Assembly: GCA_031259075.1 (NCBI GenBank)
Contig: JAIRLY010000059.1
Coordinates: forward strand, 1 to 49,521
From: Dysgonamonadaceae bacterium
GTDB lineage: Bacteria; Bacteroidota; Bacteroidia; Bacteroidales; Azobacteroidaceae
Reading direction: 5' to 3'
DNA: 49,521 bases
Position numbers and translations under genes: made by a program. Below, in pieces: positions 27,664 to 36,090 of this stretch (its first letter is position 1; every line of letters starts with the position of its first letter). Below the pieces are notes generated by a model. It searched no databases. It was given only the letters and a program-made list of their open reading frames with translations, and was not told the origin of the DNA.

Positions 27664-27792
27664 ATGAAATTTACAGATGACGAAAAAAAAGCGCTCGTTT
27701 TGTTGCGATTGAATAATGCAAAGCAAACATTTGAAGACACAAAAATTATCGTAGATAATAAACTGTGGAATGTAGCCGCAAATCGTTTGTAA
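27664..27792 (+). pseudogene. HEPN toxin N-terminal fragment
   Basis: Hand translation MKFTDDEKKALVLLRLNNAKQTFEDTKIIVDNKLWNVAANRL*, stopping at the conserved ANRLYY position. Confidence 0.75.
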
Positions 27793-27856
27793 AGAAATAT
27801 ATACGAGGAATTAATAAAATTTTTATGTAATTTTGTGGGAGTATTTCGTTTTTATT

Positions 27857-28041
27857 ATGATGACAAAACAACAACATATTGATTACTGGATAAATTCAAT
27901 CGTTTCCAATTATCTACTCGTTATCCCGATTATATGAATAAAATATATAAGATATGTACGGAGGAATTTACTATACAGGAATTAGAAAAAGTAAAAAAGA
28001 CAAGGATATGCTTACTCAAAATGCTGCAATCGAAATCGTAG
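27857..28041 (+). pseudogene. Internally deleted, frameshifted HEPN toxin
   Basis: MMTKQQHIDYWINS joined out of frame to NRFQLSTRYPDYMNKIYKICTEEFT...KMLQSKS*; promoter TAATTTTG at 27828-27835. Confidence 0.75.
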
Positions 28042-28334
28042 AAAACTATGCCCGGGAAATAGAACAACTGGGCATTCATCTGTGTATTGTCATACTGTAT
28101 GGCTCGTTTGCCAAAGGTAAACAACATGAATGGTCGGATATTGATGTAGCTTTGGTTGCCGATGAATTTACGGGACTGCCTTTCGATAGTGATATGTTAT
28201 CATATATCAATATAAAAAAGCCATATATCCGTATCGAAGCAAAAACTTACTCTACCGAATATTTTCGTTCGGGCGATCCTTTTATTAATGAAATTAAAAA
28301 AGAAGGTATAACAATTCTCAATCGGACGGAATAA
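28008..28334 (+). CDS. Minimal nucleotidyltransferase (MNT) antitoxin 2
   Basis: VILYGSFAKGKQHEWSDIDVALV, DPFINEIKKEG; probable start ATG 28008 rather than 27954. Confidence 0.85.
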   Translation: MLTQNAAIEIVENYAREIEQLGIHLCIVILYGSFAKGKQHEWSDIDVALVADEFTGLPFDSDMLSYINIKKPYIRIEAKTYSTEYFRSGDPFINEIKKEGITILNRTE

Positions 28335-28346
28335 TCGACAGAGGAC

Positions 28347-28410
28347 ATCCCCCCTTGCCGGTAACGATAAAAATAGAAACAAATAAAAATAAATACGATA
28401 AAAAAAATTT
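28347..28410 (+). repeat. Direct repeat copy 1
   Basis: ATCCCCCCTTGCCGGTAACGATAAAA-ATAGAAACAAATAAAAATAAATAC, near-identical to 28620-28676. Confidence 0.9.
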
Positions 28411-28469
28411 CCGTTAATATCAAGTACGGATACACAACAATAGATATTCGTTCACCCAAAGAAATATAA
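28410..28469 (+). pseudogene. Probable C-terminal remnant of a PIN-domain toxin
   Basis: SVNIKYGYTTIDIRSPKEI* resembles PIN C-termini; no start codon. Confidence 0.5.
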
Positions 28470-28475
28470 GAGATT

Positions 28476-28637
28476 ATGGAACAGCCAAAAAAGACAGTTA
28501 TCAAAGGTTTTAAAGCCGTAGAATATATGCGGCGGGAACGTGAGCGCATCGGACAGGAAACGCAAGGCATGAACTTCATTGAGTTGCAAAAGTATTTTGC
28601 CGACAGACGCAAGCAAGCTATCCCCCCTTGCCGGTAA
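28476..28637 (+). CDS. Small antitoxin-like protein (53 aa, missed by ORF track)
   Basis: MEQPKKTVIKGFKAVEYMRRERERIGQETQGMNFIELQKYFADRRKQAIPPCR*. Confidence 0.65.
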   Translation: MEQPKKTVIKGFKAVEYMRRERERIGQETQGMNFIELQKYFADRRKQAIPPCR

Positions 28638-28689
28638 CGATAAAATATAGAAACAAATAAAAATAAAAATAAATACAATGAAAAACTTT
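28620..28689 (+). repeat. Direct repeat copy 2, overlapping the GH106 start
   Basis: Matches 28347-28410 and runs into ATGAAAAACTTT. Confidence 0.9.
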
Positions 28690-31600
28690 AAATTTTCAAT
28701 TATCCTGCTTTTTCTTGCAGGAATTATGGCCGTATCCTGTGGCGATCGGCAACAATCAGTCAGTTACAACGAACTGAAAACCAATTTCCAAACGCCGCCT
28801 GCCGACGTGCGCGTAGGCGTTTACTGGTATTGGATGAACGACAATATTTCTGTCGAAGGCATTCAAAAAGACTTGGAAGCGATGAAAGCCGCAGGCATTA
28901 CCAAAGCCTTTATCGGCAACATTGGTGGAGAAACGCAGTTTCCACAAGGAAAAGTGAAAATTTTTACCGACCAGTGGTGGGAAGCAGTTCACGCCGCACT
29001 GAAAAAAGCCTCCGAATTGGATATTGAAATCGGTATGTTCAACTGTCCCGGTTGGTCGCAGAGCGGCGGGCCGTGGATTAAACCTTCGCAGGCAATGCGT
29101 TACATGGCTTTTGCCGATACGACTGTTGCCGGAAATCAACATTTTTCAGGAAAATTAATTCCCGCAGAAAAAGATTTTCAAGATGTGAAAGTCTTGGCGT
29201 TTCCGGTAAATAACGAGCCGGACGCTGTAACTCAAACCGGTTTCGTACCCGCTTATTCAAAAGCCGAAATCGCGATTTCGTTACCAAAACCCGAAAAAAT
29301 ACGCACGCTCGTAATTCTTCCCAACAGCTATTTCTTTGGCGAATGTGAATTGCAGGCAAAAACAGAAACCGGATATCAAACAATCAGGAAATTTGAAGTT
29401 GACCGCTCAAACGAAATGCTCAACGTTGGCTGGGATAAACTGGCAAAAGTGCAAATCACTTTTCCCGCCGTCGAAACGCAGGATTTCCGCCTCATCTTCG
29501 ATAACCGGCGGCACACCGACGCCCATTTTTCGCTTACCCTTACCGCTGCGCAAAGCATTGAGCGCTATCCCGAAAAATCGTTGGCAAAAATGTTCCAAAC
29601 GCCGCTTCCATACTGGGATTCCTATATGTGGGAAGAAGAAAGCGCAGACACGGCTCTTTCCGTCAATCCGGCAAACGTAATTGATATTTCGGACAAATTA
29701 GCCGTAGACGGCACAATCACTTGGGATATTCCCGAAGGCAATTGGGTAATTATGCGCACAGGAATGGCGCCCACAGGCATAATGAACTCACCCGCGCCGC
29801 CCGAAGGCAAGGGACTTGAAGTAGATAAAATGAACAAGGAATATGTAGCCTACCATTTCGACCGTTTTATAGGCGAAGCGTTGCGCCGTATTCCCGAAGC
29901 CGATCGTAAATCGCTGAAATATGTCATTCAAGACAGCTACGAAATGGGCGGACAAAATATGACCGACAGCATTCTCGAAGAATTTCAGAAACGCTACGGT
30001 TACGACCCCGCACCGTATTTGCCCGCTTTACAGGGCTTTCCAATCGGAAGTCCCGATCAATCAGACCGATTTCTGTGGGATTTGCGACGCCTGATTGCCG
30101 ATAAAATTTCCTACGACTTTGTAGGCGGCTTTGCCGAAGTGAGCCACAAGCACGGTTTAAAAGTCTGGCTCGAAAACTACGGACACTGGGGCTTCCCCGG
30201 CGAATTTCTGCAATACGGCGGTCAATCGGACGGCATTGGCGGCGAATTTTGGGCTGCACAAGGCAACGACCGCTACGAGCCGCGCATTGCCGCCTCCTGC
30301 GGACACATTTACAACAAAAACGTAATTTCCGCCGAATCGTTTACAAGCGGCGGCGTTGGCTACAAAATAGCGCCCAAAGATTTGAAATTCCTGCTCGACT
30401 GGTCGATGGCAGAAGGAATTAACGAAACCTTACTGCATGTCTATATCCAACAAGCCTACGACAACGAATTTCCGGGTATTGATGCATGGTTCGGAACGGA
30501 ATTTAACCGCTGCAACACTTGGTTTTCACAACTCGATTTGTTTACCGCTTACATCCGCCGATCGAACTATATGCTCCGTCAAGGCTTACATGTAGCCGAT
30601 GCAGCCTATTTCATAGGCGAAGATGTTCCGAAAATGGTGGGAACCCGCCAGCCCGAAATCCCGCGCGGTTACGATTTCGACTATATCAACGCCGAAGTAA
30701 TCGAACGTGATTTGCAAGTGAAAAACGGTTTGCTGACATTGCCTCACGGCACTTCGTACCGTGTTCTCGTATTACCGCCGCAAACCACCATGCGTCCCGC
30801 GCTTTTGAAAAAAATAGAAAAACTTGTGGCACAAGGCGCAGTAATTGTCGGCACACAAACGCCCGACCGTTCGCCGAGTTTGGAAAATTATCCCAATGCA
30901 GACGAAGAAGTGAAGAAAATCGCGAATAAAATGTGGGGAAACACAGGGACGGAAAACCTTTCGCCCGGCAAAAAAATCCAATACGGCAAAGGCTGGATTT
31001 TCCACAATACAAGCTTGGAAGAAGTTTTTGCAGAACTGAACCTGAAACCCGATTTCCTGACGGAAGGAGTACCCGACAGGGAAGTTTCCAACACGATCTT
31101 TGACAAAACAACGGTTAGTAAACTCCCGTCAGTTCTCTATAACCACCGCACCGACGGTGATCGCGAGATTTATTTCGTTGCCAATCAAACCGAAAACCCA
31201 ATCGAAATCAACGCCGCATTTCGCGTGCAGGGCAAGCAACCCGAACTTTGGAACGCAACGGACGGCTCGGTACGTTTACTGCCCGGATTTTCGGAAAAAG
31301 ACGGAATCACAACCGTTCCGCTGAAACTCGAAAATCTGGAAGGATATTTTGTTGTATTTAACACAAAATCGAAAAAAACCGACCTGTCGAATTTAGCTGC
31401 CAATTTTCCCGCACCGGTAAAAAACGCCGATATTTCTACCGGCTGGACGGTTGCATTTACGGAAGACAGCATTCGCCGCGGCCTTGAAAATGTTACATTC
31501 GCCGAATTAAAATCGTGGCCGGAAAACGAAAACCCGCAAATCAAATATTATTCGGGGACAGCCGTATATTCCAAAAAATTCGATTATCAAATTACCCCTA

Positions 31601-31923
31601 AATCCCCAGAAGGAGACAGTCAGGTTTTCGTCGAATTTGAAAACGTTGCAGATATGGCAAAAGTGAAAATCAACGGACAGTACGCAGGCGGCTGTTGGAC
31701 TGCGCCTTACCGCGTAAATATCAGTGGATTGCTGAAAGAAGGCGAAAATACGATAGAAGTAGAAGTTGTCAATAAATGGGGCAACCGTTTGATTGGCGAT
31801 TCCTTCCTGCCTTTCGAGCAGCGAAAAGTACGCTCATACTGTACGTACTGGTATCCCGACATGCCTTTGCAACCATCGGGACTGATTGGACAGGTACAAA
31901 TAGTAGAATATCAAAATTTATGA
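28678..31923 (+). CDS. GH106 family glycoside hydrolase (alpha-L-rhamnosidase-like) lipoprotein
   Basis: YWYWMNDNIS..GI.KDLEAMK, NCPGWSQSGGPWI, QDSYEMG, AESFT, C-terminal GH2_N-like domain; lipobox AVSC. Confidence 0.88.
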   Translation: MKNFKFSIILLFLAGIMAVSCGDRQQSVSYNELKTNFQTPPADVRVGVYWYWMNDNISVEGIQKDLEAMKAAGITKAFIGNIGGETQFPQGKVKIFTDQWWEAVHAALKKASELDIEIGMFNCPGWSQSGGPWIKPSQAMRYMAFADTTVAGNQHFSGKLIPAEKDFQDVKVLAFPVNNEPDAVTQTGFVPAYSKAEIAISLPKPEKIRTLVILPNSYFFGECELQAKTETGYQTIRKFEVDRSNEMLNVGWDKLAKVQITFPAVETQDFRLIFDNRRHTDAHFSLTLTAAQSIERYPEKSLAKMFQTPLPYWDSYMWEEESADTALSVNPANVIDISDKLAVDGTITWDIPEGNWVIMRTGMAPTGIMNSPAPPEGKGLEVDKMNKEYVAYHFDRFIGEALRRIPEADRKSLKYVIQDSYEMGGQNMTDSILEEFQKRYGYDPAPYLPALQGFPIGSPDQSDRFLWDLRRLIADKISYDFVGGFAEVSHKHGLKVWLENYGHWGFPGEFLQYGGQSDGIGGEFWAAQGNDRYEPRIAASCGHIYNKNVISAESFTSGGVGYKIAPKDLKFLLDWSMAEGINETLLHVYIQQAYDNEFPGIDAWFGTEFNRCNTWFSQLDLFTAYIRRSNYMLRQGLHVADAAYFIGEDVPKMVGTRQPEIPRGYDFDYINAEVIERDLQVKNGLLTLPHGTSYRVLVLPPQTTMRPALLKKIEKLVAQGAVIVGTQTPDRSPSLENYPNADEEVKKIANKMWGNTGTENLSPGKKIQYGKGWIFHNTSLEEVFAELNLKPDFLTEGVPDREVSNTIFDKTTVSKLPSVLYNHRTDGDREIYFVANQTENPIEINAAFRVQGKQPELWNATDGSVRLLPGFSEKDGITTVPLKLENLEGYFVVFNTKSKKTDLSNLAANFPAPVKNADISTGWTVAFTEDSIRRGLENVTFAELKSWPENENPQIKYYSGTAVYSKKFDYQITPKSPEGDSQVFVEFENVADMAKVKINGQYAGGCWTAPYRVNISGLLKEGENTIEVEVVNKWGNRLIGDSFLPFEQRKVRSYCTYWYPDMPLQPSGLIGQVQIVEYQNL

Positions 31924-34532
31924 CTTCCATGAAACGCATAACACCCATTTCCAATTTTGCATTCTACATTTTGTATTTTACATTTTGCATTTTGCTCTTC
32001 GGTTGTTCTTCCGAAAAAAAAACACAAGAACTTTCATCCAATATTGCTTATCAGGACAATAAAGTACGCTTTACGGTCGTAACAGACGGAGTAATTCGCC
32101 TCGAATGGGCGCAGGACGGCGCATTTACCGATGCAAAATCCTTTGTAGCCGTAAACCGCGAATACCCGGAAGCCGAATACAAACTGAACGAAACGGATTC
32201 GCTTGTCGAAATTTCTACGGCCAAAATGACCCTAAAATACCGCAAAGGAAGTGGAAAATTTACGCCCGATAATTTGTCGATAATTTCTGCCGATGGCATT
32301 TTCCCTTTCACATGGAAACCGGGCGCAAAACAACAAGGCAATCTGAAAGGCACTTATCGCACCCTCGACGGCTACGACGGCAACGAATACGCCTACAAGG
32401 AATATCTTGAGCCGGGCGAAACCCCCGAAATGCCTATCGAAGACGGGCTTCTGGCAACGGATGGCTGGACATTGATTGACGATTCGCGGAATTTTCTTTT
32501 CGACAATTCGGAATGGGAATGGGTGGCAGAACGCCCCGATACCTTGGTGCAAGATTGGTATTTTCTGGGTTACGGACACGATTACAAAGCTGCCTTAAAA
32601 GACTTTACCATTTTTGCAGGCAAAGTTCCCCTGCCGCCGCGTTATGCCTTTGGTTACTGGTGGAGCCGCTATTGGGCTTATACCGACAACGAACTCCGCG
32701 AATTGGTACACCATTTTCAAACCTACGACATTCCGCTCGACGTAATGGTAATTGATATGGATTGGCATCACACTTACCCGGGAAAAGGCGGTTGGACCGG
32801 TTTTTCGTGGAATAAATGGCTTTTCCCGCAGCCCGAAAAATTGTTGAACTATCTGCACGACAACGGATTGAAAGTTACGCTCAATCTGCATCCCGCCGAT
32901 GGTGTAGCATACTTTGAAGATGTTTATCCCGCCATGTCGAAAGCGATGAGCAGGCAGGAAGCAAAAGACACCATAAAATACGTCGGATCAGACAAAAATT
33001 ATATGTCGGCATGGTACAACGAAGCCCTGCGTCCACTCGAAAAAATGGGCGTCGATTTTTGGTGGCTCGACTGGCAGCAAGAACTATTTGCCAAAGAAAA
33101 GCCTGACTTAAGCAACACATGGTGGATAAATTACACCACTTTTACCGATATGGAACGCAATCGCGACACACGCCCGATGCTTTACCACCGTTGGGGCGGA
33201 TTAGGCAACCACCGCTACCAGATTGGTTTTTCGGGCGATGCGCTTATTACATGGAAATCGCTTGATTTCCAACCGTATTTCAACACGACGGCTTCTAACG
33301 TGCTTTACGGCTATTGGAGTCACGATCTTGGCGGACATTACGATCCGCCGGGCGACAGCATCAATCCCGAAATGCTGACTCGCTGGATGCAGTTTGGAGC
33401 ATTAAGCCCCATTATGCGTACACACGCTTCCAAAAGCGGAATTTTGGACAAACAACTTTGGCGTTTCGGTCATAAATACCTCGATGTACTTCGTAAAACC
33501 GTTGTTCAACGTTACGAACTCGCGCCTTACATTTATACGATGGCACGCAAAACGTATGAAGAAGGCCTTTCGCTTTGCCGGCCAATGTATTACGATTATC
33601 CCGAAGCGCAGGAAGCTTACGATTTCCGCAACGAATATATGTTTGGCGATGAAATCCTCGTTTCGCCGATAACCGCCCCGATGACCGACGGTTATGCCGC
33701 ACAGAAAGTTTGGTTGCCCCAAGGCGGCGACTGGTACGAATGGAGTACGGGAACTTTGTTGAAAGGCGGACAAACGCTTGAACGCCGCTTTGCCATCGAC
33801 GAATATCCGGTTTATGTGAAAGCAGGAGCTATTTTACCGCTTTACAACGGGAAAACGAAAAATTTGAGCAGAAACGACGAAGAAATTGTTGTAACGATTT
33901 TCCCCGGCGGAAACGGCGAATCTACACTTTACGAAGACAACGGAAACGATAAGAACTATGCTGAAAATTATGCACTTACGAAACTGTCGTCCGTTTGGGA
34001 AAACAACAGCCTGAACATCACAATCGGTTCGCGCAAAGGCAATTATAAAGACATGCCCGCCTGCCGGAATTTCAAACTGAAAGTCTTGGCTTCGGCTATT
34101 CCTGAAAAAATAACAGTAAACGGAAAAACGGTTAATTACAGTTATTGCGGAGATGAACTGGCGCTTATGGTCGATATTCCGGAAACCGCTTGCAGCAAGG
34201 AAAAAACAGTGAAAATAACTTATGCAGCCGATGCGCCTGACTTGACCGATGGACTGGCCGGAAAATTCCGCCGTATCGGGCAACACTCCGTAACCTTACG
34301 CTATCGTGCGCCTGCACTCGCTTTTACCGAAGAACTCGGCACAATGGAAGCAACCAACCGCTCCATTACTTACGAGCCTGAAAAATTGAATGAAAAAATT
34401 GAAATTTTCCGCCGTAATTATGCCGTCCTGCCCGAAATCATGAAACAGCAAAAGTGTTTAAGTTATGAAGAATACACTTTGCCCGAAAGCGAACAACAGT
34501 GGTTTTTGAAAGCGATTGACTGGAAGAAATGA
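31920..34532 (+). CDS. GH31 alpha-glycosidase lipoprotein
   Basis: GYWWSRYW, VIDMDWH, FWWLDWQQ nucleophile, GFSGD acid/base, SHDLGGH, LYEDNG; start 31920 (ATGA overlap) or 31929 rather than 31776. Confidence 0.92.
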   Translation: MTSMKRITPISNFAFYILYFTFCILLFGCSSEKKTQELSSNIAYQDNKVRFTVVTDGVIRLEWAQDGAFTDAKSFVAVNREYPEAEYKLNETDSLVEISTAKMTLKYRKGSGKFTPDNLSIISADGIFPFTWKPGAKQQGNLKGTYRTLDGYDGNEYAYKEYLEPGETPEMPIEDGLLATDGWTLIDDSRNFLFDNSEWEWVAERPDTLVQDWYFLGYGHDYKAALKDFTIFAGKVPLPPRYAFGYWWSRYWAYTDNELRELVHHFQTYDIPLDVMVIDMDWHHTYPGKGGWTGFSWNKWLFPQPEKLLNYLHDNGLKVTLNLHPADGVAYFEDVYPAMSKAMSRQEAKDTIKYVGSDKNYMSAWYNEALRPLEKMGVDFWWLDWQQELFAKEKPDLSNTWWINYTTFTDMERNRDTRPMLYHRWGGLGNHRYQIGFSGDALITWKSLDFQPYFNTTASNVLYGYWSHDLGGHYDPPGDSINPEMLTRWMQFGALSPIMRTHASKSGILDKQLWRFGHKYLDVLRKTVVQRYELAPYIYTMARKTYEEGLSLCRPMYYDYPEAQEAYDFRNEYMFGDEILVSPITAPMTDGYAAQKVWLPQGGDWYEWSTGTLLKGGQTLERRFAIDEYPVYVKAGAILPLYNGKTKNLSRNDEEIVVTIFPGGNGESTLYEDNGNDKNYAENYALTKLSSVWENNSLNITIGSRKGNYKDMPACRNFKLKVLASAIPEKITVNGKTVNYSYCGDELALMVDIPETACSKEKTVKITYAADAPDLTDGLAGKFRRIGQHSVTLRYRAPALAFTEELGTMEATNRSITYEPEKLNEKIEIFRRNYAVLPEIMKQQKCLSYEEYTLPESEQQWFLKAIDWKK
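31952..31996 (+). repeat. Solo right-arm heptamer repeat in GH31 signal peptide
   Basis: caatttt gcattct acatttt gtatttt acatttt gcatttt encoding NFAFYILYFTFCIL. Confidence 0.85.
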
Positions 34533-34572
34533 AATGAAAGAATGTAAACTACTTATAAACCATGCAATTAAG

Positions 34573-36012
34573 ATGAAACGCATATTATTTATTTTTCTTA
34601 TTGCTTCGGCAATAACTTCCTGCGGCAAAAAAACGGTCGCAGAGTGGGTAGCAACGACTCCCGACGCTCCGTGGCAAACACAGAACACGAGCGGAATTAA
34701 ATGGGTAAAAACCGCTTCCGCCGATGTGGAAATCCTGATCGACAGCACATTGCAAACCATTGACGGTTTCGGCGCGTGCTTCAACGAACTCGGTTGGACT
34801 TCTCTCGCCCTTTTGCCCGACGCGGAACGCGAAACGATTTTCAAAGAACTGTTTACCGCCGAAGGAGCAAATCTCTCCATTTGCCGTATGCCTGTCGGCG
34901 CAAACGATTTTTCGCGCGACTGGTACTCCTACAACGAAACAGACGGCGATTTTGAGATGAAAAATTTCAGCATTGAAAACGACAAAGAAACGTTGATACC
35001 GTTTATCAAATCAGCGCTAAAGTACAATCCCGGTTTGACGCTTTGGGCTTCGCCATGGAGTCCGCCAACATGGATGAAAGAAAACAAATTTTACGCTTGC
35101 GCCGTTATGGATACGACTTTTTTCGACGCCCGTTACAACAACCACATAAAACCCGAACAAGTGCGACGCGAAGGAGTAAACATGTTTATAACGGAAGATA
35201 AATATTTTGCCGCCTATGCACTTTATTTCCGGAAATTTATTGAAGCTTACCGCGCCGAAGACATCCATATTTCGATGGTGATGCCGCAAAACGAATTTAA
35301 TTCCTGCCAGCCGTTTCCGAGTTGTACATGGCGGGCAGCTGAATTAGCTGAATTTACAGGAAAACACCTCGTTCCGGCGATGAAAAAACTCGATGTAGCA
35401 GTGGCCTTCGGTACTATGGAACGTCCCAATCCCGCGCTCGTCGATACCATTCTTAATGCCGAAGGCGGCGACCAAATTACGGGAGTTGGTTTTCAGTGGG
35501 CCGGTCGCGATGCTCTTCCAAGTATTCACGACCGTTATCCGGATTTGAAAATTTACCAGACCGAACAGGAGTGCGGCAATGGCCGTAACGATTGGGAAGG
35601 TTGCGCCTACTCGTGGGAGTTGATGAAGCATTATTTTACTTACGGCACAAACATATATGATTACTGGAATATTTCGTTGCTCGAAGGCGGTATGAGCCGT
35701 TGGGGTTGGACGCAAAACTCGCTTGTAACCGTCAATGAGCAAGATAAAACCAGCCGTTACACTTACGAATATTATTTGCTCAAACATTTCAGCCATTATG
35801 TTCTGCCCGAAGCGCAAAGGCTCAAAACAGCAGGAAATTTCGATAATATTTTGTCGTTCAAGAATAAAAACGGACAAATCACGGCAATAATCTATAACGC
35901 CGAACCAGCGGAAACAACAAAAACCGTAAAAGTCGGCAAAAGTGTTTTTGAATTAAAACTTAAACCGCAATCAATCAATACAATAACGCTATATGGGAAA
36001 TGTAAAATGTAA
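34573..36012 (+). CDS. GH30 glycoside hydrolase lipoprotein
   Basis: QTIDGFGACFNELG, CRMPVGANDFS, ASPWSPPTWMK, PQNEF acid/base, QTEQECG nucleophile, KHFSHYV; lipobox ITSC; start moved to ATG 34573. Confidence 0.9.
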   Translation: MKRILFIFLIASAITSCGKKTVAEWVATTPDAPWQTQNTSGIKWVKTASADVEILIDSTLQTIDGFGACFNELGWTSLALLPDAERETIFKELFTAEGANLSICRMPVGANDFSRDWYSYNETDGDFEMKNFSIENDKETLIPFIKSALKYNPGLTLWASPWSPPTWMKENKFYACAVMDTTFFDARYNNHIKPEQVRREGVNMFITEDKYFAAYALYFRKFIEAYRAEDIHISMVMPQNEFNSCQPFPSCTWRAAELAEFTGKHLVPAMKKLDVAVAFGTMERPNPALVDTILNAEGGDQITGVGFQWAGRDALPSIHDRYPDLKIYQTEQECGNGRNDWEGCAYSWELMKHYFTYGTNIYDYWNISLLEGGMSRWGWTQNSLVTVNEQDKTSRYTYEYYLLKHFSHYVLPEAQRLKTAGNFDNILSFKNKNGQITAIIYNAEPAETTKTVKVGKSVFELKLKPQSINTITLYGKCKM

Positions 36013-36090
36013 AATGCAAAATACAAAATGCAGGTGTTTCATTCTTTTACATTTTACATTTTACGTTCTGCATTCTACATTCTGCATTTC
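35997..36090 (+). repeat. Empty heptamer inverted-repeat cassette (left and right arms 17 nt apart)
   Basis: Five AAAATGY-type units 35997-36031; six RCATTYT-type units 36049-36090. Confidence 0.88.

Noticed and set aside
28347-28689. CRISPR mini-array
   Set aside because: Only two long copies 273 bp apart with a coding spacer
31776-31919. Extended GH31 N-terminus given in the ORF track
   Set aside because: Overlaps the GH106 C-terminus; the signal peptide begins at 31920/31929
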